NCBI GenBank assembly: GCA_021813405.1
Contig: JAKAKS010000019.1
Coordinates: 7,549-71,548 of the forward strand
DNA from: Nitrospirota bacterium
GTDB lineage: Bacteria; Nitrospirota; Thermodesulfovibrionia; Thermodesulfovibrionales; JdFR-88
Direction of reading: 5' to 3'
DNA: 64,000 nt
Position 1 is the first letter of the stretch. Every line of letters starts with the position of its first letter. A model generated the notes under the pieces. It saw only the letters and a list, made by a program, of their open reading frames with translations. It searched no databases and was not told where the DNA came from. Below are positions 10,037 through 20,649 of this stretch, piece by piece. The translations under genes and the position numbers were made by a program.

Positions 10037-10511
10037 TTATAACACCTGCGAACCCGTCTCAAAATCGTTTCTGGCTGCAAGAGGCAGAAGTTGCGGCATG
10101 CCGCGCCGATTAGGGGTAAATCGATCCTTGGCGGCCATAAATTCCCTGGCGGACACAAATAAAGCCCCATCCGGAATCCATTTTGCCTTCATCTTTGCCT
10201 TCATGACCTTTGCGCCAATCTGGGACCCGATCAGCACGGCGACTGCCGTTGAAATCATAAGGGGCCAATTGAAATGGCCTGCAAACCCCGAATGCGATGA
10301 AAAAATAACCACAAAAGAACTTGTGGCCGCGGCTTGCGGGATATCCTATGGCCAGATGACCATGGCGATGGCAAAAAGGAGGATCAGCACCCCGGAGGAG
10401 ACCATCTTGGTAAGATATGCCCCGATTGGCGCACCAATAAACGCGGAGACAATGAGGGGAATTGCCCCCTTTACGAAGCCGGATTTGCTTGGGAATAAGG
10501 ACTCTATTTAA
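10037..10511 (-). pseudogene. Decayed TauE/DUF81-like permease remnant
   Basis: Two short minus-strand frames carry TauE-like helices: LFPSKSGFVKGAIPLIVSAFIGAPIGAYLTKMVSSGVLILLFAIAMVIWP-stop, then ...FNWPLMISTAVAVLIGSQIGAKVMK. They are separated by a stop and a frameshift. The total is far shorter than a real DUF81 protein. Confidence 0.5.
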
Positions 10512-10777
10512 TCTCCATATCCCGAACATGGGATGCAAACCAGTTTCCGGCCGGTTGTAAGCCTAAGTTTGTCGACGAACGCCATCTTGTTGTAATACAG
10601 CTTTCTGATATTGGCCTTGCCGTAGGTGCAGCCAGTGGCGGCCATGATCCCGCCAACAAAGCACCCTGCGGCATGTCCCCTGCCGGTTCCGGCCTCGACG
10701 AATAGTTCCTTGTCCATTGAGCGCTCAACACCAAGAGCCCGCATTGCCGCCAGACCTGCCCTGAGCCCCAAGGGCAT
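10508..10777 (-). pseudogene. Truncated paralogue of the FmdE-like gene at 14893-15507
   Basis: By my count, 59 of 67 aligned residues match residues 23-89 of the 204-aa FmdE-like protein. It lacks the N-terminal HGHKCP segment and the whole middle region, and keeps only a vestige of the C-terminal zinc ribbon (GRKLVCIPC). Confidence 0.6.
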
Positions 10778-10886
10778 GCCGTGTTATAAGCTTCCCTTGA
10801 ATGCTATCATCGCGGCCCTCCGTTTCCGGCAAACTCAATCTGCCCTGATATTTTTGTTAGCCATATTACTTCCCTTGCCTGCCACC

Positions 10887-13295
10887 CTAAAGCCCAAACT
10901 TCCTGAAAAGGTAGTACTTTGGGAAATCTATTAAAAGTGTAAAGAGGGCCGAAAACGCAAGCACCATAATAGCCAGATGGTACGGCACGGATGGGACGAA
11001 GATGCCGTATATTGCCAAAAGAGCAAACCCGATTATTGCAGCGGTACTCAGGAAAAGAAGATTTTTCCCTGGGAGCGACGACCAGAAATGCCGCCTCTCC
11101 CGCACTATAAGCACCCGGAACTGGCTGTTGAATATGAGATTCAGCATTACAAGCGTCTGGAGCCTTATCCAGTCCAAATGAAAATACTGCCTGGCGGCAT
11201 GGATTATGAATACGTCTCCTAGAATCAGTAGCATGCCCGGGAAAACGGAGGCGATAGTAATATTTTTTACGTTCCACTTGTTGGGGCTGGCAGTATGCTC
11301 CACATTATCCGTTGCCAGCGACATTGTGACAAAGTCGTTTGCGAACACTAGCAGGGTCATGCCAAGCAGGGACAGTAAAACATGATGGAGCCAGAGAAAG
11401 CCTACCGTCAGAAGCCCCATGAACTCTATTACTTTGGTGACCTTGTTTATAACCCATGTGAGCATCCGCTGGTAGATTTTCCTGCTAGTTTTTATGGCAT
11501 CCACTATTACGCTTATGCCCGGTTCAGTGAGTACCACGCTTGCTGAAGCCTTAGCCACGTCGGTTGAATCGTTCACCGCTATGCCCATTTCCGCTTGTTT
11601 CAGCGCAGGGGCGTCGTTTACGCCATCCCCGGTCATCCCCACCATGTGCCCCGCGGACTGAAGCAGTTTCACTACCCTGTATTTGTCTTCCGGGTATATC
11701 TCCGCAAACCCGTCTATTTTTCCCGAAGCCATCATCCGTGCGTCTTCGCCGGCAGTTTCTATATCAGCGGCCCGGATGATATTGCCGCCAATGCCTACCT
11801 CCCGGCCTATTTCCCTGGCTATGGCGACATTGTCGCCGGTGAGCATCACCGGTTTTATTCCAAGGCTTGCCGCCTCGCTTATCATTCCTTTTGAATCAGG
11901 CCGGGGCGGATCGGCCAATGCAAGCAGGCCAATTAGCTTTAGTTGGCCGGAATCATTTCCCTCCGAGCGCGCAACCGCCAGGGTCCGGTAGCCCTTGAGC
12001 GCACAGTCCTCAAGCATTTTGTCCCTGGCTTGGGCTGTCTTGACGTCCATTGCGGCGCACATTGAAGATACCGTCTGCACGGCGCCTTTGACTGACCTGA
12101 ATCTCCTACCGCCGGCTTCGGCAACCGCCTCCGTCCTTCTTGTGGACGGATCAAATGGCGTATAGGATATTTTCCTGTAGGCGCCAAGATCGGTCTTCTC
12201 TTGTCTGGCATATTCGATTACGGCTAGATCGATCAGATCCATGCCTTCTTCCTGTGATGCCAGCGCGGCCGCAACTGTCACATCCTCTTTCCCATACCCG
12301 GGCATAGGGCAGACATCTACAATTGAAAGCCTGTTTTGGGTTATCGTGCCGGTCTTGTCCAGGCAAAGGATATCTATCGAGGACGCGTCCTCGACCGAGT
12401 CCAGCCTGGTCACCAGCGCGCCTTTTCGTGCCAGTTCCATCGCCCCCGCGGCCTGCACTATTGTCAGCACGGCCGGTAAGGCCACCGGCACCGCCCCCAT
12501 AAGCAAGATAACCACAAAAGTCAGGACTGAAAAAATGCTTGTCCCTATAGAAAGCGCATACGAGGCTACCAGGACAGATGCGGCTATTCCCAGATACATC
12601 ATATATTTGACTATGGCCATCATCACTTCTTCCTGGTGGGATTTTGGTTTGGCTATCTTAACAAGTTCCGCGGTCTTGCCAAAATACGTATTTGCCCCGG
12701 TATTGATAACTACACACCTGGCTTCCCCTCTTCTGATAACCGTGCTTGAAAAGATAACCGCAGAGGCCGCCGCGCTTAATGGCAGGGATTCTCCGGTCAG
12801 GGCTGACTCATCCACTGAAAGCTGCCCATCCACGACCTTGGCGTCCGCAGGCACAATGTCTCCGAGCTTCACTGAAATCAAGTCCCCCGGAACAATATTT
12901 TTTGCATCTGTTACTGTCCAAACACCATCCCGAAGCACCCTGGCTTTGCCGGCAAGCTTCTTTTTAAGAAGTTCAACTGCCTTTTGAGAACTGCGTGCAT
13001 GCAGCTGCCCGATTATTGCGTTTAACGTAAGGAGGGCAAAGATTATGATGGCTTCAAGGTGGTGTTTAAGAAGGAAAGCCAGCGCCATTGCCAATTCCAG
13101 CAGCCAGGGCATGGGGCCCCAGTAGCGGCGCAGGAATTCAATGTACGGGCTTTTCTTTTTTTCAGTTATCTCATTGGGGCCGAACGTGGCCAGGCGGCTG
13201 CCGGCCTCTGATGCCGTTAGTCCCGCAGCCGATGTTTCAAGCAGCCCCATCGTCTTTTCCAGGGATAATTTTTTGTATTCAGCTGTCCCTGGCAT
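10887..13295 (-). CDS. P-type ATPase, type IIIA (plasma-membrane H+-ATPase-like)
   Basis: CLDKTGTITQNRL phosphorylation motif, MLTGDNVAIAREIG, GMTGDGVNDAPALKQAEMGIAV. The N-terminus GLTASEAGSRLATFGPNEITEKKKSPYIEFL resembles H+-ATPases. Start moved to ATG 13295. Confidence 0.85.
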   Translation of the reverse strand: MPGTAEYKKLSLEKTMGLLETSAAGLTASEAGSRLATFGPNEITEKKKSPYIEFLRRYWGPMPWLLELAMALAFLLKHHLEAIIIFALLTLNAIIGQLHARSSQKAVELLKKKLAGKARVLRDGVWTVTDAKNIVPGDLISVKLGDIVPADAKVVDGQLSVDESALTGESLPLSAAASAVIFSSTVIRRGEARCVVINTGANTYFGKTAELVKIAKPKSHQEEVMMAIVKYMMYLGIAASVLVASYALSIGTSIFSVLTFVVILLMGAVPVALPAVLTIVQAAGAMELARKGALVTRLDSVEDASSIDILCLDKTGTITQNRLSIVDVCPMPGYGKEDVTVAAALASQEEGMDLIDLAVIEYARQEKTDLGAYRKISYTPFDPSTRRTEAVAEAGGRRFRSVKGAVQTVSSMCAAMDVKTAQARDKMLEDCALKGYRTLAVARSEGNDSGQLKLIGLLALADPPRPDSKGMISEAASLGIKPVMLTGDNVAIAREIGREVGIGGNIIRAADIETAGEDARMMASGKIDGFAEIYPEDKYRVVKLLQSAGHMVGMTGDGVNDAPALKQAEMGIAVNDSTDVAKASASVVLTEPGISVIVDAIKTSRKIYQRMLTWVINKVTKVIEFMGLLTVGFLWLHHVLLSLLGMTLLVFANDFVTMSLATDNVEHTASPNKWNVKNITIASVFPGMLLILGDVFIIHAARQYFHLDWIRLQTLVMLNLIFNSQFRVLIVRERRHFWSSLPGKNLLFLSTAAIIGFALLAIYGIFVPSVPYHLAIMVLAFSALFTLLIDFPKYYLFRKFGL

Positions 13296-13365
13296 TTTTG
13301 GGTTTAGCGTATGCAAATCCGGGGATTTCCTTTCTTGACAATGCAAAGCGTTTTTTTGCCAGCCT

Positions 13366-13665
13366 TCATGAGTAATTCCCCAATAAAAGTTTATTCCTTT
13401 CCAGATGATTTGCAAAAGACATGGGAAGTGGCCTGAAATAGCAGAGTTTGCTCTCAAGTCCGTGCGGCGGTCTTACTGTAATTGTGGCAATTATTGATTG
13501 AACTCTAAAAAATAGGCGCGGCCCCTTAATTGGCCCAACAAGCCGGGTTGTATCTGACGTAGTAACCGCGCTGGTCCAGGGCGGTATTCCGGCATGGATC
13601 GCAAAAACCGCAGAACAGAGGACAAAAGCAGATAAAATGCCTGCTAAAAGCGCTATGGATTTCAT
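13366..13665 (-). CDS. Hypothetical small secreted protein
   Basis: MKSIALLAGILSAFVLCSAVFAIHAG looks like a signal peptide. No recognisable domain, so coding status is uncertain. Confidence 0.3.
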   Translation of the reverse strand: MKSIALLAGILSAFVLCSAVFAIHAGIPPWTSAVTTSDTTRLVGPIKGPRLFFRVQSIIATITVRPPHGLESKLCYFRPLPMSFANHLERNKLLLGNYS

Positions 13666-13681
13666 CAAAAAATTCTCTTTT

Positions 13682-14896
13682 TCACCTGACAACGCCAAAG
13701 GCGCCCAGTACTGCCCCTATCGCAAGAACAAAGGCCGGATGCCATTGAAAGCGCGCAAGCAGCGCAAGGGCAATCGCCATGAGGCCCCAGGCGGCGGCGC
13801 CGTGAAGAGTCCCGGGCGCAAGGAGCACGGCCGCGCTCATCACCATGCCCACCACGGCCGGCGCGATCCCTCCAAGGAAGTCTTTCACGCGCGGCCCTTC
13901 CTTAATCCAGGAATATCCTTGTGAAAGGACCGTCATCAGTATCAGCGCCGGGGTGAAAAGCGCGATAGTGGCCGCCAATGCTCCAGCGGCTCCATGGAGA
14001 TGAAAACCGGCAAATGTGGCCAGAACGGCTATGGGGCCAGGCGTCAGATTGCTGATCGCGACCCCGTCTATGAACTGCTTCGGGCTGAGCCATCCCAGGG
14101 CCTCAAGTTTTTGCTGGAGGACCGGCACAAGAACAAAACCACCACCGAAAAAGACAAAGCCAACTTTGAAAAACACCCACGCGACAGACGCAAGTGATTT
14201 CCCTGACAAAGCGGCCCCGGCAGTAATGGGCAAAGCGAAACCTGCCGCTCCAGGCGCTTCCGGATTTTTGTCCTGCTGCTCCGGTTTATGTCCTTTACCA
14301 AGGATCCGCTTTCCCACGGCCAGGCCTGTCATACCAGCCCCGATAAGAATATAGACCGCGTTGATCTTTAAAAGAGAGAGTCCAAGGGCGATTGTTAACA
14401 TGAATACTGACGGCAGCGAGCGCACGGCTTTTCGGCCCATGGACCACGCCGCACTGAGAATTAATGCAATGACAACGGGCCCCAGCCCCCCGATTGCGCT
14501 CTGCAAAGCCGGAATGGCATGAAAGCTGAAGTAAAGCCAGGAAAGCATGACCACAATGAGGACCGAAGGCGCCATGAAGGCAAAGGCGCATGCCAGCCCG
14601 CCCATCGGGCCGTATAACCGGTTACCGATGAAAAGGGCGGCGTTCACCGCAAAGGGGCCCAGCACCTGCCCGAGCCCGATACCGTGCAGAAATTCATCCA
14701 TCCCCATGACGCGCCTTTTTAGTATCAGATCCCGTTCCATCAGGGCAATTACGGCCATTCCGCCCCCGAAGCCTATGGCTCCGATCTTTAAAAACTGAAG
14801 GAGCAAGGCCGGCAGGGAAAGCGCCGGCCTTGCTCCTTCTTGCGGGAGCCGCGGCTGCGAAATATTTTTGCCCATGACATCCCGCCCGGTTTTCAT
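13682..14896 (-). CDS. chrA: Chromate transporter (two CHR domains)
   Basis: [23 protein letters not shown]... and a second [19 protein letters not shown]... half. ATGA overlap with the upstream FmdE-like gene. Confidence 0.85.
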   Translation of the reverse strand: MKTGRDVMGKNISQPRLPQEGARPALSLPALLLQFLKIGAIGFGGGMAVIALMERDLILKRRVMGMDEFLHGIGLGQVLGPFAVNAALFIGNRLYGPMGGLACAFAFMAPSVLIVVMLSWLYFSFHAIPALQSAIGGLGPVVIALILSAAWSMGRKAVRSLPSVFMLTIALGLSLLKINAVYILIGAGMTGLAVGKRILGKGHKPEQQDKNPEAPGAAGFALPITAGAALSGKSLASVAWVFFKVGFVFFGGGFVLVPVLQQKLEALGWLSPKQFIDGVAISNLTPGPIAVLATFAGFHLHGAAGALAATIALFTPALILMTVLSQGYSWIKEGPRVKDFLGGIAPAVVGMVMSAAVLLAPGTLHGAAAWGLMAIALALLARFQWHPAFVLAIGAVLGAFGVVR

Positions 14897-15507
14897 TTAT
14901 TTTTTTCTTTTTCCGCGCAGGGAATGCAGAGTTTCCGTCCGTCCAAGGCGATAATCAATTTATCGGTGAACACCGCTTCTCCGCATTTGTCGCAGCGCCT
15001 GACGTGAAAATTGGGAGAACCCTTTTTTACATCTTTTCTGAACACTTCACTGATATTCAGGAACTCGCTTTCCGGCAGCCCCAATATCTTTTTTACCAGC
15101 GGTCCGGTTATTTCAGGAGGGATGTCCTGCGGGGGCACTCCTTTTTTCCTCTCAGCCACGAAGGGCGAATTCAGTGCCTTTTCGAAAAAGTCCGGCTTAA
15201 GAGATACTCTCACCGCCTTACCAGCCTTTGAATCGATGAGAGTGAAAGCCATCTTGCTGTAATAGAGCTTCTGGATGTTGGCTTTTCCGTAAGTACACCC
15301 AGTGGCGGTCATGATTCCGTCCAGAAAACACCCGGCGGCGTGCCCCCTGCCTGTCTCGGCCTCTACAAAAAGCTCCTTGTCCTTTGACCGTTCCACGCCG
15401 AGGGCGCGCATCGCCGCAAGCCCGGCCCTAAGCCCCATCGGCATGGCGGGGCACTTGTGCCCATGGAACTCCAGCGCAACATTAAAATATTCGTCGAATT
15501 CTTTCAT
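14893..15507 (-). CDS. FmdE-domain protein with C-terminal zinc ribbon
   Basis: [24 protein letters not shown]...[19 protein letters not shown] matches the FmdE family. C-terminal CDKCGE...CIPC ribbon. Confidence 0.75.
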   Translation of the reverse strand: MKEFDEYFNVALEFHGHKCPAMPMGLRAGLAAMRALGVERSKDKELFVEAETGRGHAAGCFLDGIMTATGCTYGKANIQKLYYSKMAFTLIDSKAGKAVRVSLKPDFFEKALNSPFVAERKKGVPPQDIPPEITGPLVKKILGLPESEFLNISEVFRKDVKKGSPNFHVRRCDKCGEAVFTDKLIIALDGRKLCIPCAEKEKNK

Positions 15508-15706
15508 CGCAAATCCTCCGTTTTGTAAATTTCATGCTATAACGGGCCAGGGAATATCTGGGCGCGCCAAGGCGATTATTACAGGGACCTGCGTATTTCA
15601 CCATCCATGCCACCAGCATTTGCAGACTATCAAGAACCTTTTCATATCCATGCGCCCAGTTGAGAAGACCGGCACAGGAATACGATTAACAAAACTATTT
15701 GTCTTT

Positions 15707-16774
15707 TCATACGGGTTTTGTGGTTTTTATCTCGCAAGTGGTGAAATACTTTTTCTTGAAATATGATGCCACGTTCACCAGCCCTATCATGACGGGCACC
15801 TCCACAAGAGGCCCTATTACCGCTGCAAAGGCCGCTCCGGAATTAATCCCGAATACTGCAACGGCTACAGCTATCGCCAGCTCGAAATTATTGCTTGCCG
15901 CCGTAAACGCCAGGGTGGCCGTTTTTTCATAATCCGCTCCGATCTTCCTTCCAAGCCAGAATGAGACCAGGAACATGACCACAAAATAGATCAGGAGGGG
16001 AACAGCTACACGCACCACGTCCAATGGGAGCCTGACAATATAATTCCCCTTAAGGGAGAACATCACGATTATCGTAAAAAGAAGAAATATGAGAGTGACC
16101 GGGCTTATCCTCGGAATGAACTCCCGCCTGTACCACTCCGGACTCTTTATTTTTATCAGGCTGAACCTGGTTATCATACCTGCCAGAAACGGGACGCCAA
16201 GGTAGATCAAAACACTCTTTGCGATTTGCCCTATCGTGACATGCACGACCGCGCCCTTAAGCCCCAGCCATGCAGGAAGCACCGTTATGAATACATAAGC
16301 ATACACGGAAAAGAAGATGACCTGGAACACGGAGTTAAAAGCGACAAGGCCAGCGGCATATTCCGGATCTCCGCAGGCAAGGTCGTTCCACACTATCACC
16401 ATCGCGATGCAGCGGGCAAGGCCGATCATGATAAGCCCGACCATGTATTCCGGATAGCCGCGCAGGAAGATTATCGCAAGAAGGAACATGAGAATCGGGC
16501 CGATTACCCAGTTTTGCACAAGCGACAGGCCAAGCACCTTCCTGTTTTTAAAGACATCCCCCAGTTCCTCATACTTTACCTTAACAAGAGGCGGGTACAT
16601 CATGAGGATGAGACCTATGGCTATGGGGATGTTGGTTGTGCCCACCTGGAACTTGTTTATGAGCGCTGGAATTGAAGAAAAGTAATATCCGGCCCCTACG
16701 CCAACCGCCATGGCAAGGAATATCCACAGGGTCAGAAACCTGTCAAGGAAAGATAATTTTTTAGATACAGCCAT
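15707..16774 (-). CDS. acr3: Arsenite efflux permease, ACR3 family
   Basis: [32 protein letters not shown]..., 355 aa, 10-TM ACR3 pattern. Confidence 0.9.
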   Translation of the reverse strand: MAVSKKLSFLDRFLTLWIFLAMAVGVGAGYYFSSIPALINKFQVGTTNIPIAIGLILMMYPPLVKVKYEELGDVFKNRKVLGLSLVQNWVIGPILMFLLAIIFLRGYPEYMVGLIMIGLARCIAMVIVWNDLACGDPEYAAGLVAFNSVFQVIFFSVYAYVFITVLPAWLGLKGAVVHVTIGQIAKSVLIYLGVPFLAGMITRFSLIKIKSPEWYRREFIPRISPVTLIFLLFTIIVMFSLKGNYIVRLPLDVVRVAVPLLIYFVVMFLVSFWLGRKIGADYEKTATLAFTAASNNFELAIAVAVAVFGINSGAAFAAVIGPLVEVPVMIGLVNVASYFKKKYFTTCEIKTTKPV

Positions 16775-17213
16775 TACGAAGCTCCTTTATCAGGTTTTCG
16801 ATTCTGATTTTTATTTCATCCCTCGCCCTTCTGAATTCGTTCATTACATCTTCCCCGGCGCCTGTTGCCTTTACCGGGTCCTCTATGGGCCAGTGTGTTC
16901 TTTTTATCGCGGGCGGAGTCGTTGGGCAGGTCTGCTCCGCGTTGCCGCAGAGCGTTATCACCATGTCCATCTTCAGAAGAAGGTCATAATCAATGCCTTT
17001 TGAATCCTGGCGGGAGATGTCGATGCCCGCCTCCTTCATTACTGCTATCGCCTTCGGATGAACGTGGCCCGCCGGGTTCACGCCCGCGCTGTGCGCCTCC
17101 ATAACTCCCTTGCCAAGAGCTAACGCAAAACCTTCCGCCATCTGGCTGCGGCATGTGTTGCCCGTGCACAAAAACATTATCCTGAACACTTTATTCCCTA
17201 CCTCCCGCAGCAC
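16761..17213 (-). CDS. arsC: Arsenate reductase, LMW-PTPase (thioredoxin-coupled) type
   Basis: [16 protein letters not shown]-loop. Start uncertain (17213 or 17177). Confidence 0.85.
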   Translation of the reverse strand: MLREVGNKVFRIMFLCTGNTCRSQMAEGFALALGKGVMEAHSAGVNPAGHVHPKAIAVMKEAGIDISRQDSKGIDYDLLLKMDMVITLCGNAEQTCPTTPPAIKRTHWPIEDPVKATGAGEDVMNEFRRARDEIKIRIENLIKELRNGCI

Positions 17214-17575
17214 TGCGCTTTTTTTGCTGTTTTGATTTCATGCCTGGTTCCAGCCTTTTGCTTAAGAAAAGCCTCCAGGCGGGCCTTGTCCCCCGCAACT
17301 GCGTCCGCGGGCGTTCTCTCTATGGCGGAGTAAAGGAGCATCCGCCTGAACATGTCCGCCTCGTTAAGCCTGTAATGCGTCCATTTGCTCTCTTTCCTGT
17401 CCGTGATGAGGCCGGCCTCTTTAAGTATTGCCAGATGAAAAGATATCTTTGGCTGCACCATATCGAGCGCCGCAACCAGGTCGCATACACACAGTTCCCC
17501 ATGCTCCAGGAGCTTTATGATCCGCAGCCTCGTCTCGTCCGAAAACGCCTTAAAAATATTCAGCAGTTCCTGCAT
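17198..17575 (-). CDS. arsR: ArsR/SmtB family metalloregulator
   Basis: FKAFSDETRLRIIKLLEHGELCVCDLVAAL wHTH with the ELCVCDL metal site. Confidence 0.85.
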   Translation of the reverse strand: MQELLNIFKAFSDETRLRIIKLLEHGELCVCDLVAALDMVQPKISFHLAILKEAGLITDRKESKWTHYRLNEADMFRRMLLYSAIERTPADAVAGDKARLEAFLKQKAGTRHEIKTAKKAQCCGR

Positions 17576-17594
17576 GTTTTTTGCCTTTCGTTTT

Positions 17595-18287
17595 TCAAGT
17601 CTCCTGCAGATTGAGCCGCCCGTCTTTCAGGTGATAGACGTGGTCGAAGCCGCTCACCATCCGCACGTCGTGTGTCACAACGATTACGGCAGTCTGGTTT
17701 TCCCTTGCGATCTTTTTAAGTATTTCCATCACCTTCGTGCCCCTGGCGGTGTCAAGCGAGGCTGTGGGCTCGTCGGCCAGCACCAGCCTGGCGTTATTGG
17801 CAAGGGCGCGCGCTATGGCCACGCGCTGCTGCTCTCCGCCTGAAAGCAGGGCCGGAAGGGCATCGGCCCGGTGGGCGATCTCCATGTATTCAAGCAGCTC
17901 CCGTGCCCGCCTCTCGGCCTTTTCCCCTTTTATGCCTATCAGGTTCAAAGGCAGAAGCACGTTCTGTTTTGCGGTAAGAAAAGGAATAAGGTTGTGGGAC
18001 TGGAAGACGAACCCAATCTTTTCCCGGCGCAGGCGGCGCATATCCACCCCCCATCCGTCTTTATGAAATATCGTCTGGCCGTCAAAATCGATCTTTCCCG
18101 CCGTGGGCTCAAGTATCAGGCTTATGCACAAAAGCATCGTGGTCTTGCCGGAGCCCGACGGCCCAAGCAGCGCAACAAGATCGCCCTTTGAAACTGACAG
18201 GTTTATGTCCTCTAAAGCGCGGACTTCCAGATGTCCGGCGCCGAAGATTTTGCTTAGCCCATCGATCCTGAGGATTTCTTCTTCCAT
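17595..18287 (-). CDS. ABC transporter ATP-binding protein (MacB/DevA-like)
   Basis: Walker A GPSGSGKTT, signature LSGGEQQRVAIARAL, Walker B LVLADEPT. Confidence 0.9.
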   Translation of the reverse strand: MEEEILRIDGLSKIFGAGHLEVRALEDINLSVSKGDLVALLGPSGSGKTTMLLCISLILEPTAGKIDFDGQTIFHKDGWGVDMRRLRREKIGFVFQSHNLIPFLTAKQNVLLPLNLIGIKGEKAERRARELLEYMEIAHRADALPALLSGGEQQRVAIARALANNARLVLADEPTASLDTARGTKVMEILKKIARENQTAVIVVTHDVRMVSGFDHVYHLKDGRLNLQET

Positions 18288-19484
18288 TTACTCACCAAGG
18301 GCCATGGCAGGCTGTGTTTTAAGCGCGTGCCATAGCCCTAAAATACTGGCCAGAACGCCGCCTATTAAAGCCACTACGAAAGTAACGATATCATCTCCCG
18401 GCAGCAGCAGGACAGTCCTTGGGAATTTGGAATAAGTGATATGGATAACAAACTGTCCGACCAGGAAGGCAACAATGGTAAGAAACAGAGACTGCTCCAG
18501 CACCATCCTGATAATTTCCCAGTCGGGCGCGCCTATAAGCTTCATGACCGCTATGCTCCGTATTTTTTCCATGGTGAACGTGTAAACCACCAGGGCGATT
18601 ATTACAACGGAAATAAGCAGAAGGAGCACCCTGAAGAGCAGGAGCTGTTTTGTTATGCTGGCAAGGCGTCCTTTAAGCAGCAACTGCACCTCGTCTTTCG
18701 TGCTGTATGCGTTCAGGTACAGCCATTTTCTGATCATGCCGGCCGCTTCCGCGGTGCTTACTCCGGGTTTCAGCTTGACAAGGATTGCGTTAATGACATG
18801 CGTGTCCGGCTGCAAGGGGGCAAGCAGCTTTTGGGCCTGGTCCGGGGAGAGGTAGCTCTGCCCGTAGAGCGTCTGCAACAGCCTTGCGCGCTCGTTTCTC
18901 ACCTCTTCGTTGTCAGGCTGATAAAGCACTTCCTGAGCGTCATGAAGAGACAGGTAAACTATGGGATCGCCATCGCCGTCCACCGCGTCATTTGTAAGGC
19001 CTACAACAGTATAAGTATGGAGACCCAGGGGGATGCGGTCCCCAACGTGAACGCCCAGTTTCACATGGGCCACCATTTCATAGTGGGCCTGCCCTATTGC
19101 CCTTCCGGCAACGATATGCTTTGGCCCGCCAAGCCCCCCGAAAACATCATAGCCCACAATGCTGAAGTGCCTGCTTTTGCCGTCTACAAGCCTTTCAACA
19201 GTGTAGTAGATAAAAGGGCTTGCCTTTTCCACGCCCGGGACCGCCTGGACGCTGTAATGATAAAACTCCGGCAAAGTCGATTGTTCGTTGAACGGGCCGC
19301 CCCTGTACCTTTCCACTACCCACAGGTCCGGATTGGTTGACCGGATCAGGGCGGTCCCATCGGCGATATTTCCGCGGTAAAGGCCGTTCATCGCAAGGAC
19401 TATCGTAAAGAGCAGCCCCACGCCTATTATCGTTGCGATAAAACGGGCCTTATGGCGTTTCAGATCATGAAATGCAAGGTCCAT
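18288..19484 (-). CDS. ABC efflux permease, FtsX/MacB/DevC-like
   Basis: 398 aa: N-terminal TM helix, large periplasmic domain, C-terminal 3-TM FtsX-like region. Confidence 0.8.
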   Translation of the reverse strand: MDLAFHDLKRHKARFIATIIGVGLLFTIVLAMNGLYRGNIADGTALIRSTNPDLWVVERYRGGPFNEQSTLPEFYHYSVQAVPGVEKASPFIYYTVERLVDGKSRHFSIVGYDVFGGLGGPKHIVAGRAIGQAHYEMVAHVKLGVHVGDRIPLGLHTYTVVGLTNDAVDGDGDPIVYLSLHDAQEVLYQPDNEEVRNERARLLQTLYGQSYLSPDQAQKLLAPLQPDTHVINAILVKLKPGVSTAEAAGMIRKWLYLNAYSTKDEVQLLLKGRLASITKQLLLFRVLLLLISVVIIALVVYTFTMEKIRSIAVMKLIGAPDWEIIRMVLEQSLFLTIVAFLVGQFVIHITYSKFPRTVLLLPGDDIVTFVVALIGGVLASILGLWHALKTQPAMALGE

Positions 19485-19485
19485 T

Positions 19486-20649
19486 TTACATGTTTCCCTT
19501 GGCTGGAGCGATTTGCACCTGAGGGCGCACTTTCTTGCCTGGCTTGATCATCGCCGGGTTTACTATCACCAGAGCGCCTTCCTTCAGCCCGCTTAACACG
19601 GCAGCCTGTTTGCTGTCATTTGGCCCGATGGAAACCGGCCGGAAAATGGCCCGCCCATTTTCGACTGCAAGCACCCCTTTTGTGCCGTTTTGCTCGGTTA
19701 TGGCAGACAACGGCACGGCCAGGGCGGACTCATGGCCGGTATTAATATAGACCTCGGTCTCCTCGCCGATTGTAAGGGGTTTTGGCAGGGTGTCGAATTT
19801 CACATCCACCTCAAGCTCACGGGTCACCGTGTCGGCCTGCCTGGTAATCCTGGCTATCTCGCCTGGGTATTCCTGCCCGGAGCGCAATTTTATCAGGGCT
19901 TTCTGTCCAACTTTCAGCTTGCCAAGCTTCGTTTCGTCTATCCACGACGCCGCCCATATCTGATAATTGACCATCTGGAAAACGGGTGTGCCCGGATTGA
20001 TGGTGTCCCCTGTCTCGGCTGTCCGGCTGGTGATGATCCCATCCATGGGCGCATATATGCGCGTATAGCCAAGAACGGCGTGTGCCGTCCCGGCCTCCGA
20101 TTCCGCCTGCTTTGCCGCGGCCTTCGCGGCCTTTACCGCCGCTTCACTGGCCGCAACATCGCTTTGGGCCACATGTAGAGCGTCTTTTGTTATATCGAAG
20201 GCCGCGGGAGAAATATATCCCGGCTTGTAAACCTCCAAATCGCGCTGGTAATTGCTTTTGGCAAGTTCAAGATTGGCCTCCGATTTAACAAGGTTAGCTT
20301 TCGCGCTGGCCAGGTCCCGCTCGGCGCGGCTCTGTGCGAAACGGGCCGCCGCCTCCCGGTCCCTCAACTCGGCGGAGTCAAGCTCGGCCAGAAGCTGGCC
20401 CTTCTTTACTTTTTCCCCCTGGTCCGCGTAGAGTTTTTCCAGAATGCCGGTGATCTTCGCGCTTACGGCAACAGGCACCTTGGATTGCACCGTGCCCGGC
20501 CCCTGGACGGCCTCCCGGATTTCCGCGGTTCTGACAACGACAACGCCCACACGCGGACGGTACAGAAAAATCTTAAAAATTGCGAAGCCCGCGATTACCG
20601 CGGCTATAATTATGATTGCAATTTTCTTGCCTGTTATTTTTGCTTTCAC
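19486..20649 (-). CDS. Periplasmic adaptor (membrane fusion protein, HlyD/DevB-like)
   Basis: N-terminal anchor, coiled-coil middle (AELRDREAAARFAQSRAERDLASAKANL...), beta-barrel C-terminus. Confidence 0.85.
   Translation of the reverse strand: MKAKITGKKIAIIIIAAVIAGFAIFKIFLYRPRVGVVVVRTAEIREAVQGPGTVQSKVPVAVSAKITGILEKLYADQGEKVKKGQLLAELDSAELRDREAAARFAQSRAERDLASAKANLVKSEANLELAKSNYQRDLEVYKPGYISPAAFDITKDALHVAQSDVAASEAAVKAAKAAAKQAESEAGTAHAVLGYTRIYAPMDGIITSRTAETGDTINPGTPVFQMVNYQIWAASWIDETKLGKLKVGQKALIKLRSGQEYPGEIARITRQADTVTRELEVDVKFDTLPKPLTIGEETEVYINTGHESALAVPLSAITEQNGTKGVLAVENGRAIFRPVSIGPNDSKQAAVLSGLKEGALVIVNPAMIKPGKKVRPQVQIAPAKGNM

Noticed and set aside
18441-19340. 299-aa plus-strand ORF
   Set aside because: Antisense to the FtsX-like ABC permease, which has coherent TM topology and operon context.
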